From an uncultured Bacilli bacterium (GTDB lineage Bacteria; Bacillota_I; Bacilli_A; RF39; UBA660), in NCBI GenBank assembly GCA_944371305.1, contig CALVXM010000003.1:7115-71114 (forward strand): a stretch of DNA of 64,000 bases, in the 5' to 3' direction. Shown piece after piece: positions 19,247 through 28,313 of the stretch (positions are counted from its first letter, which is position 1; each line of letters opens with the position of its first letter). The position numbers and the translations under genes are program-made. The notes under the pieces were generated by a model that saw only the letters and a program-made list of their open reading frames with translations, ran no database searches and had not been told where the DNA came from.

Positions 19247-20308
19247 TTAGTCAATTTTTCTTAATTTGTCATATATTTTATTTTCAAAATTACTACTCAT
19301 TATCTTTTCTATTTCTAAATCGGTAAAACCTATACTATTTAAAAACATGCGAAATTGATAATTAATATTTTCATATTGAAAATGATTAGAATTAGTATAA
19401 TAAACCGGGTCAAAAGGAATAAAAAATTCCATGTTATCAGAAGCAACAGTTATGTTATCAACGTCACCAAATAGATTTTTAATATGCTTAAATTGTTCCC
19501 CTAACGCTTCAAAATATAATTTTTGTTTTTCTTTCTTTGCGACATCATTATCATCAATTGTAACTAGCGACATTGCTTTGTGAGCAATTATACCAATCAT
19601 ACCATCAAGATTTTTAATGGCTAGAAGTTGGTCATCAGTTAAATTACGTTTATAAAATATCTCTTTTTTAGCTAAATTGATTTCATCTTGATTAAAACCT
19701 AGCATATTCACTTGTTCGTCAAATAAATCACGACAATTAGAATGAGAGGCGAAAACAAAACCTTTTTTTCCTTCTAATCTTAATTTAGAAACTAACTCAA
19801 TAATATCCCAAAAAGTTTCTTCATTAGCATGCGATACATCAATCATAATTCCTAAGTCAACTGCTTTTTCAATTAGTTTTTTTCCCAATTCAGTCAAACC
19901 ACCAGAATATCTAGTACCTGAACCAAATTTGTTCTTTTCATTCCAAACCGGATTGATACTTCTAACTCCTAAATGATATAGTTTTTCTAAATCATCTGGT
20001 CCATTTAAATAATCACAACCTTCTATTCCATATACGAATTTACTATCACTGGGAAGTAATTTATGATTATGAAGTTCCGTATTGACAATATCAAGCATTT
20101 CGATAACATTTAGTTCATTAGGATAAATATTTAATTGCTCAATCATTTCTTTTTCAGACATAAAAAATAAATTCAAAATGCCACCAGTTATATTATCGTG
20201 ACGATATATCATTTTACAGTAATTTTCCATAAATTTTAAATTATTTTCTTTATATTTAACATAAATATAAGTTAATAAATCATAATGCGTATCTTTCATT
20301 TTTAACAC
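19247..20308 (-). CDS. Membrane dipeptidase, peptidase family M19
   Basis: DTHYDLL (compare DGHNDLP), HLGVRSINPVWNEKN..G, GLTELGKKLIEKAVDLGIMIDVSHAN are the M19 renal-dipeptidase-like motifs. Confidence 0.7.
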   Translation of the reverse strand: MLKMKDTHYDLLTYIYVKYKENNLKFMENYCKMIYRHDNITGGILNLFFMSEKEMIEQLNIYPNELNVIEMLDIVNTELHNHKLLPSDSKFVYGIEGCDYLNGPDDLEKLYHLGVRSINPVWNEKNKFGSGTRYSGGLTELGKKLIEKAVDLGIMIDVSHANEETFWDIIELVSKLRLEGKKGFVFASHSNCRDLFDEQVNMLGFNQDEINLAKKEIFYKRNLTDDQLLAIKNLDGMIGIIAHKAMSLVTIDDNDVAKKEKQKLYFEALGEQFKHIKNLFGDVDNITVASDNMEFFIPFDPVYYTNSNHFQYENINYQFRMFLNSIGFTDLEIEKIMSSNFENKIYDKLRKID

Positions 20309-20359
20309 CTACTACTTCTAGGTATAATTATATATCAAATAATAATCAAAAACAAGTAA

Positions 20360-20384
20360 AAAGCAAGAACTATATATTCTTGCT
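20360..20384 (-). terminator. Terminator of the histidine kinase gene
   Basis: AAGCAAGAA-ctatatat-TTCTTGCTT hairpin just 3' of the HK stop. Confidence 0.5.
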
Positions 20385-20393
20385 TGGAATGTA

Positions 20394-21641
20394 TTATTTT
20401 ATAATGAAACTAATGCCTTTTTTTTCATTGACAACATTAATTTCATATCCCAACAGATTAAGGGTTTTTTTAACTATTGATAAGCCTAAACCAAATTGAC
20501 CTTTAATACCTTTTTTGTATGGAGTAAAAATATTATTTAAAATATTAATGTCAATATGAGGACCATCATTATAGAATATCATTTTATTATTTTTAATCGT
20601 TATTTTTATTTCTTTATCAGCATATCTTACAAAATTATTTAACAAATTATCGATTATAGCTTCCCACATATCATGGGTTCCTTTAAAAATACTCTTACCA
20701 GTTATATTAACAATAAAATCAACTTCTGGTCTTTGAACTTTAAATTTATTAACACTACTTTCGATAATGGATTTTACATTAATCTCTTCATTACTTTTTT
20801 CTAAATCTTTTAAATATACTAATTTATTCAAATATAAAAGGGAGTGTACTTTTATTTCTAATTTATCAATTTGCTCTTTTATTATTTCCCCACCTGTATG
20901 AGAATCCATAATCCCATCTTCAATAGCTTCTATATGGGACTTTATAACAGTAATAGGAGTTTTAAAATCATGAGAAATGTTTTGATACATTTGATTTTTA
21001 TATTCATCTTGTTTTTTTAATGTAGCTTTCATATCATCAATAGCATTTGATAAAGCGCTAAGTTCATCATTTATTGTATATTTTTCTTTATCAACATATT
21101 CATCATTATCAAGATTATCAACCTTTTCCTTGAGGTGATAAATCTTCCTTACTAACTGATTAGCCCAAAATATAACAATACCAACAGCGATTAATAAAGT
21201 ACCAATAATTATTGGAAGCAATGTTTTCATAACATCTGATCTTATTTCTAAAATATAATCGTTATTCGTAATAGCAACTTTGTTAATATATTGGTTATTA
21301 ATGCTATAGTAATAATATGTCTTGCCTAAATAGGTAAATTTGCCACATTCTTGATTGATTTTATCTAATATTTGTTTAGTATCCATATTGATAATTTCTT
21401 TTAAATTATCTGAAACAATAATTTCATCATCGACAACATATAAATATGCTATATCTTCAAATTCAGCTTTATCAACATTATTTTCAATTAATTCAAGTGG
21501 TTGTTTTAGATATTCATATATATTTTTTTCATAGATAGGGAGTAAAAGTTTTGGGAGGAGTAAGCCCAAACTTAAAAATATTATTCCACAAATAATAATT
21601 GCAATCGAAATCAACTGACGATATAAAGTTGTTTTAATCAT
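20394..21641 (-). CDS. Sensor histidine kinase
   Basis: Two TM segments, H-box SHDFKTPITVIKSHIEAIEDG, C-terminal HATPase_c (N/G boxes: NLLNNFVRYA...GLGLSIVKK). Confidence 0.85.
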   Translation of the reverse strand: MIKTTLYRQLISIAIIICGIIFLSLGLLLPKLLLPIYEKNIYEYLKQPLELIENNVDKAEFEDIAYLYVVDDEIIVSDNLKEIINMDTKQILDKINQECGKFTYLGKTYYYYSINNQYINKVAITNNDYILEIRSDVMKTLLPIIIGTLLIAVGIVIFWANQLVRKIYHLKEKVDNLDNDEYVDKEKYTINDELSALSNAIDDMKATLKKQDEYKNQMYQNISHDFKTPITVIKSHIEAIEDGIMDSHTGGEIIKEQIDKLEIKVHSLLYLNKLVYLKDLEKSNEEINVKSIIESSVNKFKVQRPEVDFIVNITGKSIFKGTHDMWEAIIDNLLNNFVRYADKEIKITIKNNKMIFYNDGPHIDINILNNIFTPYKKGIKGQFGLGLSIVKKTLNLLGYEINVVNEKKGISFIIK

Positions 21642-22303
21642 GTTAAACGGTACCCAAAGCCATAGATGGTGTTGATATTTAACTTAGGCATCTTTTTTCT
21701 TAGTCTTCGAACTAAATCATCGACAACACGATCACTACCGAAATAATTTTCTCCCCAAATTAAATTCAAAATATCATCACGACTATAAGATTTTCCTTTA
21801 TTACTTAAAAACATATACAACAAATCAAATTCGAGGGTCGTCAAATTAACTTCTTTATTATTGTGGGTAACAACTCTTTTTTCAATATCAACTTCATAAT
21901 CTTCATATTTTAATTTATTAGTATTAGCATAAACTCGCTTTAAGATATTATTAATTCTCAACATTAATTCTTTCGGCGAATAAGGTTTAGCAATATAATC
22001 ATCACCGCCCAATTCAAGACCTAATATCTTATCTAAATCTTGATCACGAGCTGATGTGAAGATAACTGGGACATTTTTATCGATTTGTCTTATTTTATTT
22101 ATCAAATCGTAACCACTTACTGTATCGCCTAACATAATATCTAAGATCCAAAGATCTACTTTTTCAGTACCAATAAATTCTAAAGCTGTACTGCCATTAA
22201 AAAATTGAATGGCCTCATACCCTTCCTTTTCAAGATATGATTTAATCAAGTTATTCAAAGATACTTCATCTTCTACTAAACAAATCTTATACACATTTAT
22301 CAC
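21638..22303 (-). CDS. OmpR/PhoB-family response regulator
   Basis: REC domain (VEDE...LDIML...) plus winged-helix C-terminus (...LTTLEFDLLYMF...IYGFGYRL). 4-nt overlap with the HK gene. Annotated start is GTG with a stop immediately upstream. Confidence 0.9.
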   Translation of the reverse strand: MINVYKICLVEDEVSLNNLIKSYLEKEGYEAIQFFNGSTALEFIGTEKVDLWILDIMLGDTVSGYDLINKIRQIDKNVPVIFTSARDQDLDKILGLELGGDDYIAKPYSPKELMLRINNILKRVYANTNKLKYEDYEVDIEKRVVTHNNKEVNLTTLEFDLLYMFLSNKGKSYSRDDILNLIWGENYFGSDRVVDDLVRRLRKKMPKLNINTIYGFGYRLT

Positions 22304-22463
22304 CTATTTTTAGTATAACATAAATTTATTCATTTACCACCTACTTTCTTTTTAATTTTAATTGTTTTATTTCTTCATCTATCACCTCCAACAATTAAAG
22401 TATAATATAAAATTGTGGGGATATTTTGATAAAAAAATGGGAAAATATGGTATCTATCGATAT

Positions 22464-24662
22464 TTAATAAAACTTTAAATGACTTGTTTTAAAATTACAT
22501 AACTCTTTTTCATTACTACAAACATATAATTTACGTATTTTTAATAAAGGAAAACCACATTTAGGACAATTATAAAATTTACTAGTTATTTTTCCTTCTA
22601 TTTTTACATCGTTATATTTAGAGATTTCTAATATGAAATTAGACGGATTTTTTTTAGGTGTTAAAATATAAACATTATTTTTAGTTCTCGTTAAAGCAAC
22701 ATAAAATAATCTTCTTTCTTCAGCATAAGCATAAGATTTATCATTTATATTTATTAGATTCATAATCGGATCATCTTTTATTTTAGATGGAAAACCATAA
22801 ATATCATCCTCACCGTTTAAAATTATAACTTGATCATAACCTAAACCTTTAGATGAATGGGCTGATAAAAACTCAATATTTAAATTTGAATATTTTTTTG
22901 ATATTATTTTATTATTTAATTCACTAAATTCACCACTATTTAATAAGTGATTTTTCTCAAAATTATATCTACCAATTAATAAAATTTTTTGTTTATCATC
23001 AAAATTTTTTAAACAATCATTAATTAACCTTATCTTATCTTTATAATTACTATAAACCTTTATTACAACTGGTTTAACTAATCTTTTAGGGGAAACTAAT
23101 TTCTTTTTTATTTGTTTATTATTAGTCATAACAAACTTTCCAGCAATATTAATTAATTCTTGGGAATTACGATAAGTATGAGTAATTTTTAATAAAGTAG
23201 CATATCCCATTTTATATTTAAAATCAGTAAACAAAGAAATATCACTACCGGCAAAAGCAAAAATACTTTGAAAATCATCACCAACAGCGATTATTTTAGC
23301 ATTACTTACTTCACTTATTTTTTTAGCTAAATTAAATCTTTGTTTAGAAATATCTTGATATTCATCGATGATAATATACTTATAATTTAAATTTATTTTA
23401 TCTAAATTTAGATAAGCTAAATTAATCATATCTTCAAAATCGATATAATGATTTAAGGATAATTCATTATTATAATAATCGTAAACCTTTTCAATAAAAT
23501 CTAAAAATAAAGTAGTCCTTTTATCCTGATTTTCTTTTAATCTAATAAAATCTTCTTTTAAATAACCATTTACCTTAAATCCTTGTATAAAATTAATACA
23601 AAAATTGATAAATCTTTCGTAATAAATATCCTTCTTATTATCAACTAACTTATTATATATTTCACTATAAGATCTAGGTTTAAATTTTATATCATTTTTG
23701 ATTAATTGTTCCTCCAATTTAGATAACATATCATCACCAACATAAACTTCAACTAAAACTGTTTTATTTTTTTGATGGATTTTTCTTATTTTATTAATAT
23801 TATATTTATATCTAAAATTAGTAATCTTATCATTAAAACTAATAAAATTAAAAATTTCTAAATAAATAATTTTATCATCTTGTTTAATTGTAAAATCTGG
23901 ACAATATGTAGCAGAATATTGATATGGTTTAGAGTACTCATAATCAATTCCTTTCAAATATAAAAAATTAGCTATCATAACCTCTTCAGTATTTTTAAAA
24001 TATTCTTCTTCAACTATATTTTCTAGTTTGTTGTAAGTTTTATTTTTTAAAACTAAAAAATGACATTTTTTCTTATAATTTAAATAATCATTTAAACTCT
24101 TAAAATTTAATGCGAAACTGGGAATATTAAAATAAAGACTAAAAAAATCTAAGAATTCTTTTAATCTTTTATTATCGTTACATAAATACTCACTAAAATA
24201 TTTTTTTATTAAAAAATAAGGGTTAGTTAAAACTGTTAAATTTTCTTTACCACTTTTTTTTAACACTTCCATGCCAAACTTATGAAAAGTGCAAACCAAA
24301 ACCGGTATCTTAAAATCTTGATTGATTCTTCTTTGCAATTCCTCAACTGCCTTATTAGTATAAGAAATTAAAATAATATCATTAGGATCTACTTTCTTAA
24401 TATCAACTAAAAATTTAACTTTAGCCGCCATAGTCGTTGTTTTCCCACTCCCTGCTCCAGCTACGATTAAATTATAATCATCATCAGTTAGAATAGCTAC
24501 TCTTTGTTCATTATCTAATAAAATATTATCGTCAATTCCTTTATACATATTATCAAAATATTTCTTATATTTTACTAGCATTTTAGTAATATATTGTTTA
24601 TTATGAAAATCTATGTCGATATTTTTATCTTTAACTTCTTTTAAAGAAATATATTCTTCCAT
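22464..24662 (-). CDS. UvrD/Rep-family SF1 helicase with a ~300-aa nuclease-like insertion and a C-terminal C4 zinc ribbon
   Basis: Walker A AGAGSGKTT (aa ~70), motif Ia TFHKF, motif II IIIDEYQD, GDDFQSIFAFAGSD, C-terminal RLFYVALTRTKN. Inserted region contains ...YEYSKPYQYSATYCPDFTI...IYLEIF (PD-(D/E)xK-like). C-terminus is CPKCG...C..C, similar to a topoisomerase-type Zn ribbon. Confidence 0.8.
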   Translation of the reverse strand: MEEYISLKEVKDKNIDIDFHNKQYITKMLVKYKKYFDNMYKGIDDNILLDNEQRVAILTDDDYNLIVAGAGSGKTTTMAAKVKFLVDIKKVDPNDIILISYTNKAVEELQRRINQDFKIPVLVCTFHKFGMEVLKKSGKENLTVLTNPYFLIKKYFSEYLCNDNKRLKEFLDFFSLYFNIPSFALNFKSLNDYLNYKKKCHFLVLKNKTYNKLENIVEEEYFKNTEEVMIANFLYLKGIDYEYSKPYQYSATYCPDFTIKQDDKIIYLEIFNFISFNDKITNFRYKYNINKIRKIHQKNKTVLVEVYVGDDMLSKLEEQLIKNDIKFKPRSYSEIYNKLVDNKKDIYYERFINFCINFIQGFKVNGYLKEDFIRLKENQDKRTTLFLDFIEKVYDYYNNELSLNHYIDFEDMINLAYLNLDKINLNYKYIIIDEYQDISKQRFNLAKKISEVSNAKIIAVGDDFQSIFAFAGSDISLFTDFKYKMGYATLLKITHTYRNSQELINIAGKFVMTNNKQIKKKLVSPKRLVKPVVIKVYSNYKDKIRLINDCLKNFDDKQKILLIGRYNFEKNHLLNSGEFSELNNKIISKKYSNLNIEFLSAHSSKGLGYDQVIILNGEDDIYGFPSKIKDDPIMNLININDKSYAYAEERRLFYVALTRTKNNVYILTPKKNPSNFILEISKYNDVKIEGKITSKFYNCPKCGFPLLKIRKLYVCSNEKELCNFKTSHLKFY

Positions 24663-24956
24663 ATATCACCTCTTTTAGGGTATTATATTATCTATTTAAT
24701 TTAAAATAAGATTATCCTTCTAAACGACAATAATAATTGACTATTTTATAGTTTGAGGCATATATTTTATCTTTCAGACATAGTTAAGTACATTTCAAGC
24801 GAAAAAATAAACCAATAGCAAAAATTACTGTTACAATGAATTAAACTTTTAACAATTTACAATATAGCAATATTTTATTTAATTTTAAACCTAAATCAGG
24901 TTAAAAATTAAATAATAGTAATTCATGATTATAAAATAAATTTGGAGGTGTACGTT

Positions 24957-25205
24957 ATGACTTATCAACGATTAAGAGATTTAAGAGAAGATGTTGACTT
25001 AACTCAAACTCAATTAGCCAAAATAATTAATATGTCACAAACTGGCTATTCACAATATGAAACAGGAACAAATGATATTCCAACTAAAATATTAATTAAA
25101 CTAGCTCTTTTTTACGACACTAGCATCGACTATATTTTAGGACTAACTGATATTAAGACACCGTATAAAAGAAAAAAAGATTTGGTTGTTAATCAAAAAA
25201 ACTAA
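24957..25205 (+). CDS. XRE-family HTH transcriptional regulator
   Basis: LTQTQLAKIINMSQTGYSQYETGTNDIPTKILIKLALFYDTSIDYILG is a canonical HTH_3. ATG lies 9 nt after GGAGG (the track's TTG start at 24942 is less likely). Confidence 0.8.
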   Translation: MTYQRLRDLREDVDLTQTQLAKIINMSQTGYSQYETGTNDIPTKILIKLALFYDTSIDYILGLTDIKTPYKRKKDLVVNQKN

Positions 25206-25210
25206 AAAGA

Positions 25211-25262
25211 AAGAATATACCTTTATTAGTAACATACTATTGATAAAGGTATATTCTTTTAA
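25211..25262 (+). terminator. Strong stem-loop after the XRE gene
   Basis: Perfect 16-bp stem AAGAATATACCTTTAT / ATAAAGGTATATTCTT with a 16-nt loop, followed by a short T-run. Confidence 0.55.
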
Positions 25263-25465
25263 TTTAATGTATATCGATTTTAATGTGTTCCATCACGATT
25301 GATAAATGTTAAGTTACTTTTTAACAATACATAATATTTTTAATGCAAAATACAACTTTTATTTTTAAATTAAGCAATTTATACTTTACTTCATCTTCCA
25401 CATATACTATTCTAATATAGTTTTATAATAATATTTTCTATTTTAATTACATTTTAAGTAAGAAG

Positions 25466-25993
25466 TTATAATTTAAAGTATTCATTATTTTCTTTTTCAT
25501 ATCCAAGATTAGTTATAACACCATGTCCTGGATAAATAGTTATATCATTAGGATAGTTTTTAATTTTAGATAATGATTTAAACATTTCATCTTCATTACT
25601 GCCTTCTAAATCCGTTCTACCAATACTATCTTTAAAAATAAAATCACCAACAAACATCATTTTTTCTTTAGAAAAATAAATACTGATACAAGTATCATCA
25701 TGACCTTTAGTATAAATTACTTCAAATTCAAATTTACCTAATTTATAATCTTTTTCTTCTAAATTATTTATATCATAAACAAGTATATTATACTTATTTT
25801 TAATTTTTTCTAAAACACCAATATGATCAAAATGGTAATGAGTTACAATAATAGCAATTGGTTTTAATTCGCCAATAGTTTCGATAATTTTACTTTCTTC
25901 ATCACCGGGATCAATAATTAGACATTCATCATCAATATTTAAAATATAACAATTCGTTTCTAAAAAACCAACTTTTACCGTTTTAATGTTCAT
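25466..25993 (-). CDS. MBL-fold metallo-hydrolase
   Basis: HxHxDH motif (VTHYHFDHIG), 175 aa. Confidence 0.75.
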   Translation of the reverse strand: MNIKTVKVGFLETNCYILNIDDECLIIDPGDEESKIIETIGELKPIAIIVTHYHFDHIGVLEKIKNKYNILVYDINNLEEKDYKLGKFEFEVIYTKGHDDTCISIYFSKEKMMFVGDFIFKDSIGRTDLEGSNEDEMFKSLSKIKNYPNDITIYPGHGVITNLGYEKENNEYFKL

Positions 25994-26891
25994 CTAAATC
26001 ACCTACTATTGCATTTTTAAATATTTCTTTAATTACTTTTTCTTTTAAACCTAAAGGTAGACAATTACCAGCAGCGTTAATGTGTCCACCACCTCCATAC
26101 TTTTTAGCTATTATACTTAAATCAACCTTACCATTACCACGATAACTAATTTTTTTATCCATATCAATTAAAATTATATAATCTAAATAATCATATTTGT
26201 TAATTAAATAATTGCCTAGTTCACTAATATTACGTTCAGCAAAAACAACTCCAACTTTTTTACCATCGATTAAAACTTCGATAAATTGTTTATCTTCGAT
26301 ATATCGTTTGATTCGATTTTTTTCTAATTCGATTAAATGCAAATCTTCCTTAGAGTAAAGTTCTAGATTATTAATGATAATATTATACATTTTTTCAATA
26401 AAACTATCTCTTCCATATATTTTAAAAATCATATCTATTTTATTAGCTTCTTCTTTTGTCGTTTTGCTGAAATCATAAATATCCATTGTTCTTACATGTT
26501 CAACTAACATTTTCGTACTTTTTCTATTCAATAGTTCATTTTCATAATTATTTATCAAATATTTGTAATATAAACTTGTACCACTTTCCCTACCACTTAC
26601 ATCAACATGAATAAAAGAATATTTATTCATGACCTCACAACTTAAATGGTGATCAAGTATCATAATTTTATCTTTATAGTTTTCCTCAATAATATCAGCC
26701 AAATCTTCACTTATGTTTAAATCAATTACATATATAAAATCATAATTAGTAAGATTATTTTTAACATTATTATCGACATCCTTATTTTCTGATAAAATAT
26801 AATCGAATTTTTCAAATACTAATTTTGACAAAATAACTGGCGTAACCCCATCAGGATCAGCTATGTGTGATATTATTAATCTTTTCATCAA
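25983..26891 (-). CDS. DHH/DHHA1 phosphoesterase (NrnA-like nanoRNase / pAp phosphatase)
   Basis: DHH motif (ILDHHLS) and DHHA1 GGGGHINAAG. Confidence 0.75.
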   Translation of the reverse strand: MMKRLIISHIADPDGVTPVILSKLVFEKFDYILSENKDVDNNVKNNLTNYDFIYVIDLNISEDLADIIEENYKDKIMILDHHLSCEVMNKYSFIHVDVSGRESGTSLYYKYLINNYENELLNRKSTKMLVEHVRTMDIYDFSKTTKEEANKIDMIFKIYGRDSFIEKMYNIIINNLELYSKEDLHLIELEKNRIKRYIEDKQFIEVLIDGKKVGVVFAERNISELGNYLINKYDYLDYIILIDMDKKISYRGNGKVDLSIIAKKYGGGGHINAAGNCLPLGLKEKVIKEIFKNAIVGDLDEH

Positions 26892-27492
26892 TTACCTCCT
26901 TAACGGGACTATAAGTTTTACGATAACCATCGATTAGGCCATATTTATGAATTGCTTCAATATGTTTTTTAGTTGGATATCCCTTATGTGAAGCAAAGCT
27001 ATACATTGGATATTTTTTATCTAACTCATACATCATTTTATCTCTTGTAACTTTAGCTACAACACTAGCTGCGGCAATCGAAACACTTTTAGCATCTCCT
27101 TTAATAATACTATTAGTTGGAATGTCAATATTAATTGGCATAGCATCAATCAAAATATATTCTAAATTTAGCTGTTTTCTCACCTCATTAATTGCTATTA
27201 ACATCGCTTTTCTACTTGCTTCATAAATATTTATCTCATCTATTTCTTCTGGTGAGACAATACCGATTCCATAAGCTACACAATTATTAATTATATAATC
27301 ATAAAATAAATTTCTTTTTTTTTCAGATAATTTTTTAGAGTCAGTCAATCCTTCTAAAACAAAATCTTTAGGTAACACAACACAACTAGCAACAACAGGG
27401 CCAATTAAAGGTCCTCTCCCTACCTCATCTACACCACCAATATATTTAATTCCTTTATCATATAACTCGTTTTCATATTGATATAAATTCAT
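26857..27492 (-). CDS. rnhB: Ribonuclease HII
   Basis: GVDEVGRGPLIGPVVAS...D(S)K RNase HII signature. Confidence 0.9.
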   Translation of the reverse strand: MNLYQYENELYDKGIKYIGGVDEVGRGPLIGPVVASCVVLPKDFVLEGLTDSKKLSEKKRNLFYDYIINNCVAYGIGIVSPEEIDEINIYEASRKAMLIAINEVRKQLNLEYILIDAMPINIDIPTNSIIKGDAKSVSIAAASVVAKVTRDKMMYELDKKYPMYSFASHKGYPTKKHIEAIHKYGLIDGYRKTYSPVKEVIDEKINNITHS

Positions 27493-27612
27493 TATTATTC
27501 ACCTTTATTTATTATAACATATTTTATAAAAATTATAGGAATTGTGTTATAATAGATGCAATTTTTAAAAATTCTTATTAATATTAAATTTTTAAGAAAG
27601 TAGGTTTGATAT

Positions 27613-28302
27613 ATGAATGATTATGATTATGATTATGCTTATCAAATAACACAAATTCCTTTATTGGATGAAAACGAAACTAACTACTTATTACAAAAAG
27701 TAGCAAATGGTGATAAAGAAGATCGAAATAAACTAATCAAACATAACCTAAGATTGGTTCTTAAAATTGCCAATAATTTTAAAGAATCAATCAATTTACC
27801 AATTGAGGAATTAATTAATATTGGTGTTTTTGGATTAATCAAATCAATTGACAAATTTGATTTTGAAAGAAATGCTAAATTATCTACTTTTGCTACAACT
27901 TCTATCTCCAATTGTTTCAAACAATATATTAAAATTTCCAAGAGAAAAACTTCACCTGCTGGAACCAATATAAGTCTGCAAGATGTTATCTATCAAGGAG
28001 AAGATGGTGAAGAATTTACAGTTGAAAATGCAATTAAAGACAATAATCCATCAGTCGAAGATGTAATCATCGAAAAAATTGGCAATCAACAATTAAAAAC
28101 AATATTAAAATATCTAACTAAAGAAGAACAAGAAATATTACTTTTAAGATATGGTATTGAAGATGGAATTCCTCACACTTTAGAAGAAATAGGAAAAATA
28201 TATCATCTTACAAGAGAAAGAATTAGGCAAAAAGAACAAAAAGCTCTAATCAAATTAAGAAATCCCAAAATAAGTAAAAATATTAAAGGATTACTAAAAT
28301 AG
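27613..28302 (+). CDS. Compact sigma-70 family RNA polymerase sigma factor (229 aa)
   Basis: Region 2 (NKLIKHNLRLVLKIANNF...GVFGLIKSIDKFD...STFAT) and region 4.2 (TLEEIGKIYHLTRERIRQKEQKALIKLRNP). Region 4.2 is nearly identical in pattern to primary sigma factors. Region 1.1 is absent. Confidence 0.8.
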   Translation: MNDYDYDYAYQITQIPLLDENETNYLLQKVANGDKEDRNKLIKHNLRLVLKIANNFKESINLPIEELINIGVFGLIKSIDKFDFERNAKLSTFATTSISNCFKQYIKISKRKTSPAGTNISLQDVIYQGEDGEEFTVENAIKDNNPSVEDVIIEKIGNQQLKTILKYLTKEEQEILLLRYGIEDGIPHTLEEIGKIYHLTRERIRQKEQKALIKLRNPKISKNIKGLLK

Positions 28303-28313
28303 GAAGTGAATTT

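Noticed and set aside
27684-27968. 94-aa ORF antisense within the sigma factor gene
   Set aside because: Antisense to a strongly supported CDS.
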